Shown: one piece after another, positions 38,180 to 48,083 of the stretch
Position numbering within the stretch: position 1 is the stretch's first letter
How the letters are laid out: the number at the start of each line of letters is the position of its first letter
Origin: Candidatus Poribacteria bacterium
GTDB lineage: Bacteria > Poribacteria > WGA-4E > WGA-3G
Length of the DNA: 64,000 nucleotides
Direction of reading: 5' to 3'
Assembly (NCBI GenBank): GCA_009841255.1
Contig: VXMD01000030.1
Span: 27,148 to 91,147 of the forward strand
Position numbers and translations under genes: made by a program
Notes under the pieces: model-generated
Databases searched by the model: none
The model's input: the letters and a program-made list of their open reading frames with translations, nothing else
What the model was told of the DNA's origin: nothing

Positions 38180-40213
38180 TCAACGAGAGGGTTGCGCCAC
38201 ACACCGAAATCCCAGATAGTGAATCTGCGTTGGATGTTCTCTGTTGCGGTTACTCACACGGATGAGGTTATCATAGTTTTCCCAACTCCCACCGCGTATC
38301 ACACGTGCTGATGTTATCGCTTTGTAGTTTGCTAATATCTTACCTCCTAAGGGATTCTCTCGCGGACTGGAAGTGTAGAAATCCTGCTGATATTCATCAA
38401 GACACCACTCCCAAGCATTGCCTGCCATGTCGTAAAGTCCATAGCCATTGGGCGGAAAACTGCCAACTGGGAATGTCGCTTTTCCATCACTGGCTCCCAG
38501 AAAATCGTAATTTGCCCAGTGCTGCTCATCATCCTCCGGTGCCGTGTTGCCCCATGGATATTTCTTCCCAGCCAAACCACCACGCGCCGCTTTCTCCCAT
38601 TCTGCTTCAGTAGGTAACCGTTTTCCTGCCCATTCCGCATACGCCATCGCATCATACCATGTAACCCCGATGACCGGATAGTTGGGTTGATTGTATTGTG
38701 GGTCCTCCCAACGTTTTGTCGGTTCCGGGTGTCCCGTAGATGAGATAAACTGTTTGTATTGGGCGACTGTCACTTCGTATTTATCAATATAAAAAGCATC
38801 GAGGTGAACGGTGTGGATCGGTTTTTCATCTGGATCCCCCATGTTGCTACCCATCTGAAACTCACCGGCGGGAACAAGCACCATCTCGGCTCCATCTTTC
38901 TCCCAAACGATGGTTTCAAGCGGCATCGTGTTTGCTTGTTTCGATGATGCAACGGTTGTAAGCTGCTCAAGCACAGCACCCGCCAGATCCAATCCTTCCA
39001 GACTCCAGAGCGTAAGATGTGAAGCGTCTTTGATCAGGATGCGTTTATCCAAGATGACTGGATGCGCCCAAGTTGTGCTATCCGCAATTGAATACCGAGC
39101 TACCGGCTCAAACGCTTCGGCACTCGGCTTGACGATAATCAGTTTTGCATCACCTGTTAAACAGAATAATAGCTCACCGGCACTGACAATCGACGCATAT
39201 TCCCCCTGCCGTCCCTCGCTTGCCCAAAGGACCTCCCCTGTCCACGGGTCGAGGCAGAAGAATTGACCTTTACGCTGCATAGAAAATCCATACAACAAGT
39301 CACCGTTCAAAACAAACGATGCGGTATACATGTGAATCTTCGGATTGTCCCATACCTGTTCAGCTGCCCATTCATCATCCTCTCTACGGACTCGGATCGC
39401 ACGTGTCCCCGTCTCCGCAGCCGAAAGCACGACGGTATCTTTATAACGAACCGGAGTCGGAACGGTCTCGTCCCATACCTGTTCAAAGGGTGTTTTCCAA
39501 TAGAGTTTGCCGGTGGTCGGTGAGATGCCGATGCAGTATTTCCGGGTGAGTGCGACAAGTTGTTTTATGCCGTCAAACTCAACACAGATTGGCGATGCGT
39601 AGGACGGTCCATCTTCAGTCCACTCCCACGCGACATCACCTGTACGTGCATCAAATGCAGTCAAGGCACCGTTCTTCGGCTCACCCACATGGACGATGCA
39701 GTAACCTGCCACCACAATCGGCGATGTTGAACTCCCAAAGCCGAGGTGTTTTTTGAAATCTTTACGCCAAAGCAGTTGTCCTGTTTCGGTGTCGAATGCA
39801 GAGAGGGCTTGCGTGACGCCTAAAGTATAGACGATCCCATCTTGAATCACCGGTGTGGAAAATGGACCTTGACCCCGCGACTCTGCACCATGCCAGGGCC
39901 ACATGTAAGGCACCGGTCCATAGGAATTCTGCCAAAGTATCTCACCCGTTTCGAGGTTAAGTGCAGTAACGACTTCGTTTTCTTTCTGCCGTGTGTGCGT
40001 GTAAATCCGACCTTCCGCAACGATAGGCGAAGCGTCACCGCTCCCCAACTCTACATGCCATAGTTTTTTAAGTTGTTTTGGCCACACCTCTGGTGCAGAG
40101 AATTGCGTCAAGATACCATCTCGGTTTTGTCCGCGCCATTGTGACCATTCGGCGGACGCGACGGTGGCACAAAGGCATACAATGATCCAGATGTTTTTGG
40201 AAAGTCTTTTCAT
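38180..40213 (-). CDS. Secreted PQQ-like beta-propeller fused to a formylglycine-generating-enzyme (FGE-sulfatase) domain
   Basis: GAGGAG lies before ATG 40213. Signal MKRLSKNIWIIVCLCATVASA. C-terminal domain has YIDKYEVTVAQY, VIGVTWYDAMAYAEWAGKRLPTEAEWE and RVIRGGSW. Confidence 0.75.
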   Translation of the reverse strand: MKRLSKNIWIIVCLCATVASAEWSQWRGQNRDGILTQFSAPEVWPKQLKKLWHVELGSGDASPIVAEGRIYTHTRQKENEVVTALNLETGEILWQNSYGPVPYMWPWHGAESRGQGPFSTPVIQDGIVYTLGVTQALSAFDTETGQLLWRKDFKKHLGFGSSTSPIVVAGYCIVHVGEPKNGALTAFDARTGDVAWEWTEDGPSYASPICVEFDGIKQLVALTRKYCIGISPTTGKLYWKTPFEQVWDETVPTPVRYKDTVVLSAAETGTRAIRVRREDDEWAAEQVWDNPKIHMYTASFVLNGDLLYGFSMQRKGQFFCLDPWTGEVLWASEGRQGEYASIVSAGELLFCLTGDAKLIIVKPSAEAFEPVARYSIADSTTWAHPVILDKRILIKDASHLTLWSLEGLDLAGAVLEQLTTVASSKQANTMPLETIVWEKDGAEMVLVPAGEFQMGSNMGDPDEKPIHTVHLDAFYIDKYEVTVAQYKQFISSTGHPEPTKRWEDPQYNQPNYPVIGVTWYDAMAYAEWAGKRLPTEAEWEKAARGGLAGKKYPWGNTAPEDDEQHWANYDFLGASDGKATFPVGSFPPNGYGLYDMAGNAWEWCLDEYQQDFYTSSPRENPLGGKILANYKAITSARVIRGGSWENYDNLIRVSNRNREHPTQIHYLGFRCVAQPSR

Positions 40214-40382
40214 TTTTCTCCTCTTGATGGGTAAGTCGGATTTATGGATTCTCACGTTCCGTTTTTCCTATCTCTCATAAACAGCGTGCGAGAACTTCTG
40301 TAGCACCGGTAGTCCCCCATACCCCTCGCGCTCCGCACAGCCCTGCGATGATGGAAATATCCGATGCTACTTTTCGCCCGGA

Positions 40383-40677
40383 GAGAAGAAAAAAGCCGTC
40401 AACTGGTAGTCAACGGCTTTCTTTTATGATGTATAAGAGCGAGGTTATTCGTTGGGTTGCTCTTGTGGTTCGCTATCTTCGGTGTGAAAGTCCAATTCTT
40501 CAGGTTTGGGATGAAAACGCCATTCCGATTTCACTCAGCAGATGTAGCGACTGCCCCAAACGAGACAGATGAAATTCGCTACCAAATGGCGCTCCTGAAA
40601 ATGCCATTCCGATTCCACTCGGCAGATGTAGCGACTGTCCCAAACGAGACAGATGAAATTCGCTACCAAATGGCATT
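40383..40677 (-). ncRNA. Compact transcription unit: two 84-nt tandem repeats plus strand-specific terminator (structured ncRNA or leaderless 58-aa ORF 40500..40676)
   Basis: Repeats at 40513..40596 and 40597..40680 differ at about 8 positions. Each folds (minus strand) as GCCAUU..AAUGGC enclosing GUAGCGA..CUGUC-loop-GACAG..UCGCUAC and CCGA-loop-UCGG. The terminator AGCCGUUGA-CUACCAG-UUGACGGCU plus UUUUUUCUUCUC lies at 40383..40418; the two G-U pairs would be C-A mismatches on the plus strand. Confidence 0.5.
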
Positions 40678-40683
40678 CTAAAT

Positions 40684-40712
40684 ATTATACGATTTTTTGT
40701 GTTTTTTGTCAA
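40684..40712 (-). promoter_or_regulatory. Perfect consensus sigma70 promoter driving the tandem-repeat unit
   Basis: Minus strand reads TTGACA-17 nt-TATAAT. The predicted TSS is about 40676-40677, at the first repeat and at the ATG of the 58-aa ORF. Confidence 0.65.
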
Positions 40713-41129
40713 GTCCAAAACGATTACTTCCGAAAAAATCCTCCAAAGAAGATAGATTGTAAGAGTTAATAGAAAAAGGCATTTCAAATAGTGTCCCCAC
40801 TTGTGATAATAGTATACCCTATTCTGTGCCGCATCCTGCCAAATCACCATCAAGGTCCGACTGCTGATAGTTGATAACCGTTCGCCAAAAAGTTTAATTG
40901 AATAAATTAGAGAAAAATCTGTTTAACAATAGAGGCAAACAATCACAGTAAACTCTTGCTTGCGAATTACACCAGAAATGCTAAGAATGACACTTTCACC
41001 CACATTTGATGATACTTTGGCAGTTGCTCACGATAAACTTTCTCACATTGACCTAAAAGGATTGAGTGAGAATCAGCTGTCCAACAGAACGGCGAAAAGC
41101 ACTTCATCTTGAATACTCTGGATATACCG

Positions 41130-42635
41130 ATGGCAACACTTTGGCTCGTTATTCAACGAGAATTCGTTTCAAATGTATTGACATCCCGATTCATGATCGG
41201 TTTTCTCATCTGCCTGATGTCAACCGCTGCTGCAGTTTTCGTTCAGGTTGAAGATTATGAGAAACGCTTAGCAGCATATCACACCGCCGTTCAGGAACAT
41301 CAAGAAGCAACCCAGACATGGGACCTCTACAGCCAAATTAATCCTAAGGCACACAGAAAACCCAATCCGCTGAGTATCTTCAACGTCGGCATGGAAAAAT
41401 CCGGTGCTGATATGGTGAGTATTCAACTCGCAACACCTATCTGGGAGAAAAAGGCACAGAAACACGGCTCCGATAACCCGTTTCTCTCCATTTTTCTTGC
41501 AATTGATGCTATCTTTGTCTTCAAAATCATCCTCAGTGCCTTGGCGATCCTCTTCGCTTACAATACGATTTCAGGGGAACACGAGGATGGCACGCTAAAA
41601 TTAGTGTTATCCAATCCGATTCCGCGGGATACACTCGTGGTTGGAAAATACCTCGGCGGCATGTTATCTTTGTTCCCAATGGTGGTCATCAGCTTTATCA
41701 TCGGAATCCTTATCGCTTACGCTTCTCCTGCGACCGATTTCGATAGTGCTGATCTGTTCCGGTTCGTTGTCGTGCTTATCCTTTCCCTATTGTACGTGTC
41801 AACGTGTTACCTTTTAGGGATGCTTCTATCCGTATGGACAAAGGAAGCAACCACCACGCTCATCCTTTCAATGTTCATTTGGGGAATCCTAACAATCCTA
41901 CATTCCAATATAGCAACCTTCGCAGTTATGAAATTCCCGCCCTATCAACCACAAGCTGAAAAGGAGATTCTGCAGCATATTCAGCAGAGATGGGAAGATT
42001 TCAGGGAAGAACGGGATGCTTACATCCTCAAGAAGTGGGGATACGAACATCCAGCTAGCGCGGTTTCTCCGATAAGCGATGGAAATTTTTTAGTAGCGAT
42101 GTACACGAGTTCACCAGAGGAAATCGGGTATAGTGAGTTCTATTATATCCAACAGATCCACATCGTGGATGTCTCCAAATTTCAAGAAGTATTGGGCTAT
42201 CAAGAACCCCTACGTATCGACTACGCAAATCAAGCAGAGGCACTCCTCAGACAGAGAGAACAGGTTGAAGAAAGGAACAAACAGTTCGCCAAAGATATTT
42301 CCCGATTTTCTTTCGCGGACGCATACCGATTTGCCGTTGGCGCGATAACCGATACAGACACGGAAAGTTACCAAGACTTTATGAGACGGGCAAGGAGTTA
42401 TAAACGTCAAGTTGTCGACTATCTCAGCGGTAAAAACGCTTTTTCCGCGAGAGCATGGTTTTCCAGCGATCAAGGGGCAGCGGAGTTTAAAGATCTCCCT
42501 GTTTTTCAGAACCCACACACTTCTCTATTTCAGAGTTTTTCTCGCGCATCAAGCGATATCCTGATCCTGTTGGCGTGGAATGTCGTCCTGTTTATAGGCA
42601 TGTATGTATCATTCCTTCGATATCAAATAAGCTAA
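41130..42635 (+). CDS. ABC-2-type transporter permease-like membrane protein
   Basis: N-terminus MATLWLVIQREF, six-TM core with a large extracytoplasmic insert, EHEDGTLKLVLSNPIPR motif. The tracked start 41109 is TTG. Confidence 0.6.
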   Translation: MATLWLVIQREFVSNVLTSRFMIGFLICLMSTAAAVFVQVEDYEKRLAAYHTAVQEHQEATQTWDLYSQINPKAHRKPNPLSIFNVGMEKSGADMVSIQLATPIWEKKAQKHGSDNPFLSIFLAIDAIFVFKIILSALAILFAYNTISGEHEDGTLKLVLSNPIPRDTLVVGKYLGGMLSLFPMVVISFIIGILIAYASPATDFDSADLFRFVVVLILSLLYVSTCYLLGMLLSVWTKEATTTLILSMFIWGILTILHSNIATFAVMKFPPYQPQAEKEILQHIQQRWEDFREERDAYILKKWGYEHPASAVSPISDGNFLVAMYTSSPEEIGYSEFYYIQQIHIVDVSKFQEVLGYQEPLRIDYANQAEALLRQREQVEERNKQFAKDISRFSFADAYRFAVGAITDTDTESYQDFMRRARSYKRQVVDYLSGKNAFSARAWFSSDQGAAEFKDLPVFQNPHTSLFQSFSRASSDILILLAWNVVLFIGMYVSFLRYQIS

Positions 42636-42691
42636 ACAATAATCTAACAATCTAACCACTTGTTAGATGCTCTTGAGGCGAATAGACGAAA

Positions 42692-44149
42692 ATGATTTGG
42701 CATATTGCAAAAAAAGAGATATATCACAATCTCACAACGCTGCGGTTCGTTTTGATGATAATCCTTCTGCCTATTTTGATGATCGCCAATGCCCTAATAT
42801 ATGGCTTCGGGGATAATGGATATACAGCGAAAATACGAGATTATAACCGTAAAGTAGACCAAGGACGCTCTCATATTGAAAAATATGCTGCCCAGGGTTT
42901 AGGGGAGTTGGCGATGGTCGGTCCAGCAGAAATACCCAAACGTCCGCCCCAGTTGAAATTCTGTGCCGATGGTGGTGATGCCTTCATACCCCATTCTATC
43001 ACGATCGCGTATCGCATAAATTGGGAACGGCCTGGATACGAGGACTTGGTTGAAAGCTATAGGTGGCGGGAGTTGTGGTCCTTAGAATATCTGCCTTCAA
43101 ATCATGGCGGGGACGCAATTACGCTCATCAAAATTGACTGGGTATTTATCGGTGTCTTCATGAGTTTTTTTGTTATTTTATTTACTTTCGATGCCATCGC
43201 CGGGGAACGCGTTCGTGGAACACTCAGTCTCATGATGTCCACCCCAATCCCTCGTGGACAGGTATTATTCGCGAAATACTTAGGAGCATTTTTCACGCTC
43301 ATCATCCCACTCCTGATTGGAATCCTCATGAACCTTCTCATTATCTACTTGTCAGGGAACATCCCCTTTGATTCAGGCAGTTGGCTTCGGATTTTAGGAA
43401 TGATCGGACTCTTCGCGTTGCATATTTCTATCTTCATTTTTTTGGGACTGTTTTTCTCAAGTCGCGTCTCAAATGCCATTACCAGTTTAGTGTGGCTATT
43501 GCTAACTTGGGTCTGTTTAGCATTTATCTTCCCGAGTCTACTTGGATTCTTCGTCGGAACCCTTGATCCAATCCCATCAATAGAAAGAATATCCGAGGAA
43601 AAACGCTTGCAATTAGCGAACATAGATGATGAATTTCGCCCAGCAGAATTGGTGGAAGCAGCAAAACTCAGTGAAGCACCTTCCGTTGACAATCCATCAG
43701 CAACGCGCCGATGGGCGACCTACTTCAGGGAAAGATCTGAAGTGCAAACCCGCATAGCAGATGCGCGTGTAGATCAGCAATTGAGACAGGTGCAACTCAC
43801 CCGCGAACTCACCCAAATCTCTCCGACGGCCTGTTTCCAATACGCCATGGAAGGACTCGCAAATACTGGGATCGCCAGTTATATGAATTTCGTTAAACAG
43901 GTGCGCCGTTACAGAAACACATTTATAGATTTTATTAAATCGGAAGATAGAGGTGATCCAGAAAGCCTTCATATCTATCCTGTGAGGGAGGGGTTATCTC
44001 AAAAATTGGTGAATCCCGACGCTGTGCCGAGGTTTAAAGAACACATCTCGCATCAGAGCATCATTTTTCCGCTCGGCCTGCTGATCCTTTTCAATGTCCT
44101 GTTCTTTATCGCCGCACAATTATCGTTCCTCAAATGTGACTTAAAATAA
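42692..44149 (+). CDS. ABC-2-type transporter permease-like membrane protein (paralog)
   Basis: MIWHIAKKEIYHNLTTLRF and GERVRGTLSLMMSTPIPRG, with the same architecture as the preceding gene. No ATPase gene is adjacent. Confidence 0.6.
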   Translation: MIWHIAKKEIYHNLTTLRFVLMIILLPILMIANALIYGFGDNGYTAKIRDYNRKVDQGRSHIEKYAAQGLGELAMVGPAEIPKRPPQLKFCADGGDAFIPHSITIAYRINWERPGYEDLVESYRWRELWSLEYLPSNHGGDAITLIKIDWVFIGVFMSFFVILFTFDAIAGERVRGTLSLMMSTPIPRGQVLFAKYLGAFFTLIIPLLIGILMNLLIIYLSGNIPFDSGSWLRILGMIGLFALHISIFIFLGLFFSSRVSNAITSLVWLLLTWVCLAFIFPSLLGFFVGTLDPIPSIERISEEKRLQLANIDDEFRPAELVEAAKLSEAPSVDNPSATRRWATYFRERSEVQTRIADARVDQQLRQVQLTRELTQISPTACFQYAMEGLANTGIASYMNFVKQVRRYRNTFIDFIKSEDRGDPESLHIYPVREGLSQKLVNPDAVPRFKEHISHQSIIFPLGLLILFNVLFFIAAQLSFLKCDLK

Positions 44150-44209
44150 GACAATGCCTTTAATTTACGATAAAAAACACTGTAAAGGTTCTAAAAGCAT
44201 CCACCTACT

Positions 44210-44977
44210 TTAGCGAGGGCGTATGTCAACTTTTTTAATCATTCCCCACGTCTCAAGGCGTTTGCCGATCGGATCAACACTTTGGTGGAACTCTCCTGTG
44301 TCGTAGACCTCAACAGTCGCAAATGGGGCATCATTGTGGGCTGGTCCGTCAATGATATAGATATTCCCATTTATGACCTCAGCTTTATGCCCGGCTTTGG
44401 CAACAGGCATGTCGGGTTTCTGGGTCCAACGCCCAGTTCGGGGGTGGTAGATTTCGATTGTTTTAAAATCTTTCGTATCCTGTCCCTGATTCCGAAAATG
44501 ACCGCCCATCACATAAATTTTTCCGTTGATGACACTTGCAGTATGAACCGATTTGGGAGTAGGCATATCACCTATTTCGCGCCAATGATTTTTTTCGGGG
44601 TTATAGATTTCTATACTGGAAAGAAAGGGACCCGGATGATTTATAATCAGGGGCAATCCGGTTCCTCCCATGACGTAAATCTTTCCGTCAACAACACTGA
44701 CTGCGGCACCAGCACGCGCATGGTTCATGTCCTTGGCTTTTGCCCATGTGTCAGTAGTTGGGTCATATATCTCGACGGTGTCTAAACGAAACGACTTTAT
44801 CTTGGTTGATGTCCCGCCGATTGCGTAGATTTTCCCATCAACGACGCATGTGCTGGTGTTTCTGGGTGTAGGCATGTTGGCTTTCTGCTTCCAAGCTCCG
44901 TCCGCTGCGAGATTGAGAACCTGGATTCCTGATAGTATCCATAGCATCAGGATACCTAAAGTCAAACGCATTTTCAT
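44210..44977 (-). CDS. Secreted Kelch-repeat protein with C-terminal TWG tail
   Basis: Signal peptide. Repeats DGKIYAIGG, DGKIYVMGG, NGKIYVMGG and NGNIYIIDG. Ends SVDPIGKRLETWGMIKKVDIRPR. Confidence 0.75.
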   Translation of the reverse strand: MKMRLTLGILMLWILSGIQVLNLAADGAWKQKANMPTPRNTSTCVVDGKIYAIGGTSTKIKSFRLDTVEIYDPTTDTWAKAKDMNHARAGAAVSVVDGKIYVMGGTGLPLIINHPGPFLSSIEIYNPEKNHWREIGDMPTPKSVHTASVINGKIYVMGGHFRNQGQDTKDFKTIEIYHPRTGRWTQKPDMPVAKAGHKAEVINGNIYIIDGPAHNDAPFATVEVYDTGEFHQSVDPIGKRLETWGMIKKVDIRPR

Positions 44978-44990
44978 GATTTACCTCCAT

Positions 44991-45974
44991 TCACTCTTTC
45001 TTTTTCACCTCTGCCCATGTTGTGGTTAGCAACTGTGGTTGTGGTGAAACCGGCAGAGCATATGCTGGGTCAAACCAATCCGCCGGAGTATTCCAGCTGC
45101 CAATATGCGTGAGTTGTTCCGGCTGACCTCCATTCAAAGCAATTTTGAAGATTTGCTTCGCTTCGTGTTTCCATTTTGCATATAGGAGTTCATCCGCTCG
45201 TGGGGACCAAACCGGATCCGTCGCTCGCGGGCCGGCTTTAGCAACAATTTGTGTAAGTCCTGTACCATCTCGATTTACAGTATAGATGGTCTCCTCGCTC
45301 CTAAATGTCTTAAGCGGCACTTTAGGTTGCCAAGAAAACGCGAGTTTGTTACGCCTCGGAGACCACGCCGGAATAGATCCCATCCACGTGGGTATCGCTT
45401 TGGGCGGGAAAAACACTTTCTGTTTTCGCGTGCGCACATTGAGGATATGCATTTCCCAACGGTCCTGTCCGGCTTTGACGGTATAAGCTATTTCCATTCC
45501 ATCCGGCGACCATGCAGGACCGCTGCCAATCGCCAAGCGTTCTTCTTTTTTCTTGTCTATTGAAGCGATATAGATAACCCTTTTGCCTTGCTCGCGTCGC
45601 GTATAAGCGATCTGTTTGCCATCCGGCGACCATGCTGGAGCCTCCCTATGGGCAGATTTGCCAAACACCCGTCGCACGTTTTGCCCATCCGGATCCATTA
45701 GATACAGGTCGTACCCTTTGTCTCGATCTGAGGCGAAAAGAATTTGCTCTCCCGTGGGGGACCAAGCCCCATAGATGTCATCTGCTGGATGGTTCGTTAT
45801 GTTAATCTGATCACTTCCATCTGGATTCATCAAGTAGAGATCTCGATTTCCGTCGCGACTTGCTCCAAACACAATTTTGGCAGTAGTCGGAGCTTTTGCC
45901 AACACAGGACAGATTCTCGCCCCTAACAGTGCGAAGATGAAAATGAAAATAAGGACTAACATTGACGGTTTCAT
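44991..45974 (-). CDS. Secreted TolB-like PD40 beta-propeller protein with C-terminal TTW tail
   Basis: Signal peptide. Repeated WSP(D/T)G..IA(Y/F) blades. Ends PVSPQPQLLTTTWAEVKKKE. Confidence 0.75.
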   Translation of the reverse strand: MKPSMLVLIFIFIFALLGARICPVLAKAPTTAKIVFGASRDGNRDLYLMNPDGSDQINITNHPADDIYGAWSPTGEQILFASDRDKGYDLYLMDPDGQNVRRVFGKSAHREAPAWSPDGKQIAYTRREQGKRVIYIASIDKKKEERLAIGSGPAWSPDGMEIAYTVKAGQDRWEMHILNVRTRKQKVFFPPKAIPTWMGSIPAWSPRRNKLAFSWQPKVPLKTFRSEETIYTVNRDGTGLTQIVAKAGPRATDPVWSPRADELLYAKWKHEAKQIFKIALNGGQPEQLTHIGSWNTPADWFDPAYALPVSPQPQLLTTTWAEVKKKE

Positions 45975-46268
45975 AAAACACCTCCGAATTTAGGATAGAT
46001 GTGTTGCCACATAATATACCATTAAATGTATGATACGTGCTTTCTCGATATCTGCAACATAAAGGACACCATCTTCCTCAAAGCGGTAAAGTCGGTGTAA
46101 AACTCTTGGGAAATCAAACACGTTTTTCACTTTTTGCTCTTTATGATTCGGTATTAAAATTAAAGACACAACATATTCAGGCAAAGGGTGCAAAATTTAG
46201 AGAAAATATACAAATTCAATTACATCAACCAACAGAAAACACCGATGTCCGAGTATTAAACGCACAAT

Positions 46269-47693
46269 TTACCAAGTGAATGCAATTTTTGTAAACAGCT
46301 GATTGGCTGTCTCTTTGACGTGCTGGTCTCCGTAGACAATATATAAGACGATATTTTCAATGAAGGTGTATTTAAAAACGGCATTGAAATTAGGTTTGTG
46401 ATTGCCGCCGGAACGCAGTCGAACTGTTATCCATTTTTCGGTTCCTATTTCAATATTCATACTCGCACGAAGGGAAAACTCGCGAGTTGTCTGTCCATCT
46501 GGGAAGGTTTGCCAGAGATTTTCACCTTCTATACCTATTGACAAAAAGCGGAACGGGATCAGGTTCATTGCGGTAGTGACAAATGTCGCCTTGGCACCCT
46601 CAAATTCGCCATGTTGATAAACGACAAAAATACGATCGGGACTCTGACGGTTATACGTTGTTTGTGCTGCGACCACCCAATTTGAATGGACATCGTAAGA
46701 CCAGTTTCTGTAGAAAACCCCCGTTTCTATCTTTTCTCCTAAATCGAAACCAACAAGTTGGAAATGGTTGCCTCGTGTTTTTTCTCCGCTTTGGTTCCAC
46801 GTTAAGGATTGAACAGACTCAAAGTTAACGCTCCGCAAAAAGCCTTTTTCAACGGGCCAGCGATATACACCCCAGAAACTAGGCTGTCGTATATCTGTGA
46901 GTCGAACGTATCCGTTGACGGGATTGAAACCTGCTGTAAAGTCGCGATAGACGAGACTGAGAATCGGATTGCCTTTGCGTTTTATTTCTGCGAGAAAAGC
47001 GCGTGTGTTTTCTTTTTCTGACTCCCAATTTCCTGCATAGGATGTAACAAAGTTCAGTGCCTTTGGTAAACGAATAGAGCTATCAAAGGCTATCGACCTG
47101 TTATATATTCCCGGTATTTCTTTCGACGCAAGAAAAAGACCGAGTGAGGATGCATTGCCTACGTCCCAAAGTCCTCGTAGCAACATGTTGTGACTATCAT
47201 CAGATTTCTGCTTGACATTCATCAATCCATAGGTTGCTCTGCCGGTTTTACCGATCAGTTTTGCCCCGTAAGCCATCTCGCCAATACGGCGACTGTAAAA
47301 AAGAGAAATAGGTGCTCTAAAAATTCGCCCGTCCTCTTGAAAGAAAGGACGTCGGTCGGTTAATCGTTGTTCCAGATCAGATAAAACGATCCCCTGCACC
47401 TCTGATTCAATATGACTGAAGTCAGGATTTAGTGTGCCAATAACAGAGGTACTGGTTGTCAATTTATGAGCAATATCACCACCTACCGCTGCCGTTAATC
47501 GTTCTGAGAGACTCCCGGATGCAGAAGTATTTCCATATTTGCCGGAAAAGTACCCACCGAGTTGAATGTTCCTGCCCGCATCCTTTGGATTGATCTCAAG
47601 GTTCGTCAACGTTCCGAATTGATTCGCGTCCGAAACATTGACCCCAGTGTCCGCCCAAATGCTGGTCCGATCAAGACTTTGATGTCGACGCAC
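46269..47693 (-). pseudogene. DUF5916-like beta-barrel protein, apparently 5'-truncated
   Basis: NPDFSHIESEVQ and RRPFFQEDGRIF blocks. The reading frame opens only ~29 codons above a GTG, with no ATG, SD or signal peptide, and about 300 nt of non-coding DNA lies upstream. Confidence 0.4.
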
Positions 47694-48083
47694 GAGGTTA
47701 AGCCCCCATGTCTGTTTTGCAGATTGCGGTAGATCCAGTATTTTGACCGAAGGAAGAATATTCTTCCCGTACTGATGTTAAAGACACGGTTTTGGAGCAG
47801 AATTAGTGCAGAGCGTGAAATAAATCTCAATTTTTCAGAGATTGTTCCATGAATGCCCAGGGTTGGAGGCTGGATAAGTGGCTAATTGGGGAGAGGGTTG
47901 GAGCGTTATTTCACAGGGCATGTCCCTGAAAGCCGTTTGAGGATATGCTTGCAAGCTGCGAAATGTATTTATAGTAAAGCCCGAAAATACGTAGACCCTT
48001 TAGAAAACACAAGTCCCGGCCTCGGCGGCACAACCTAACAGGTTATGCTACAAAAAAGCATCCTGCGTAAGTTCTATAAAATT

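Noticed and set aside
38180-40213. PQQ-propeller/FGE-sulfatase fusion as a novelty
   Set aside because: This domain combination is, to my knowledge, common in planctomycete-like and other marine heterotroph genomes, so it is recorded as a feature only.
40513-40680. Tandem repeats as a CRISPR array or a type III (ToxI-like) antitoxin RNA
   Set aside because: Only two long (84-nt) contiguous repeats are present, without spacers, and no cas genes are nearby. No ToxN/AbiE-like toxin gene follows the terminator; the next gene is a PQQ-propeller/FGE fusion with its own signal peptide.
40348-40681. Plus-strand ORFs 40348..40572 and 40457..40681
   Set aside because: They are generated by the repeat sequence. 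The promoter and terminator evidence supports transcription of the minus strand only.
41130-44149. Pair of ABC-2 permease-like genes without an ATPase as an unusual system
   Set aside because: The ATPase may simply be encoded elsewhere, or upstream in a different operon. Nothing in the sequence itself is aberrant.
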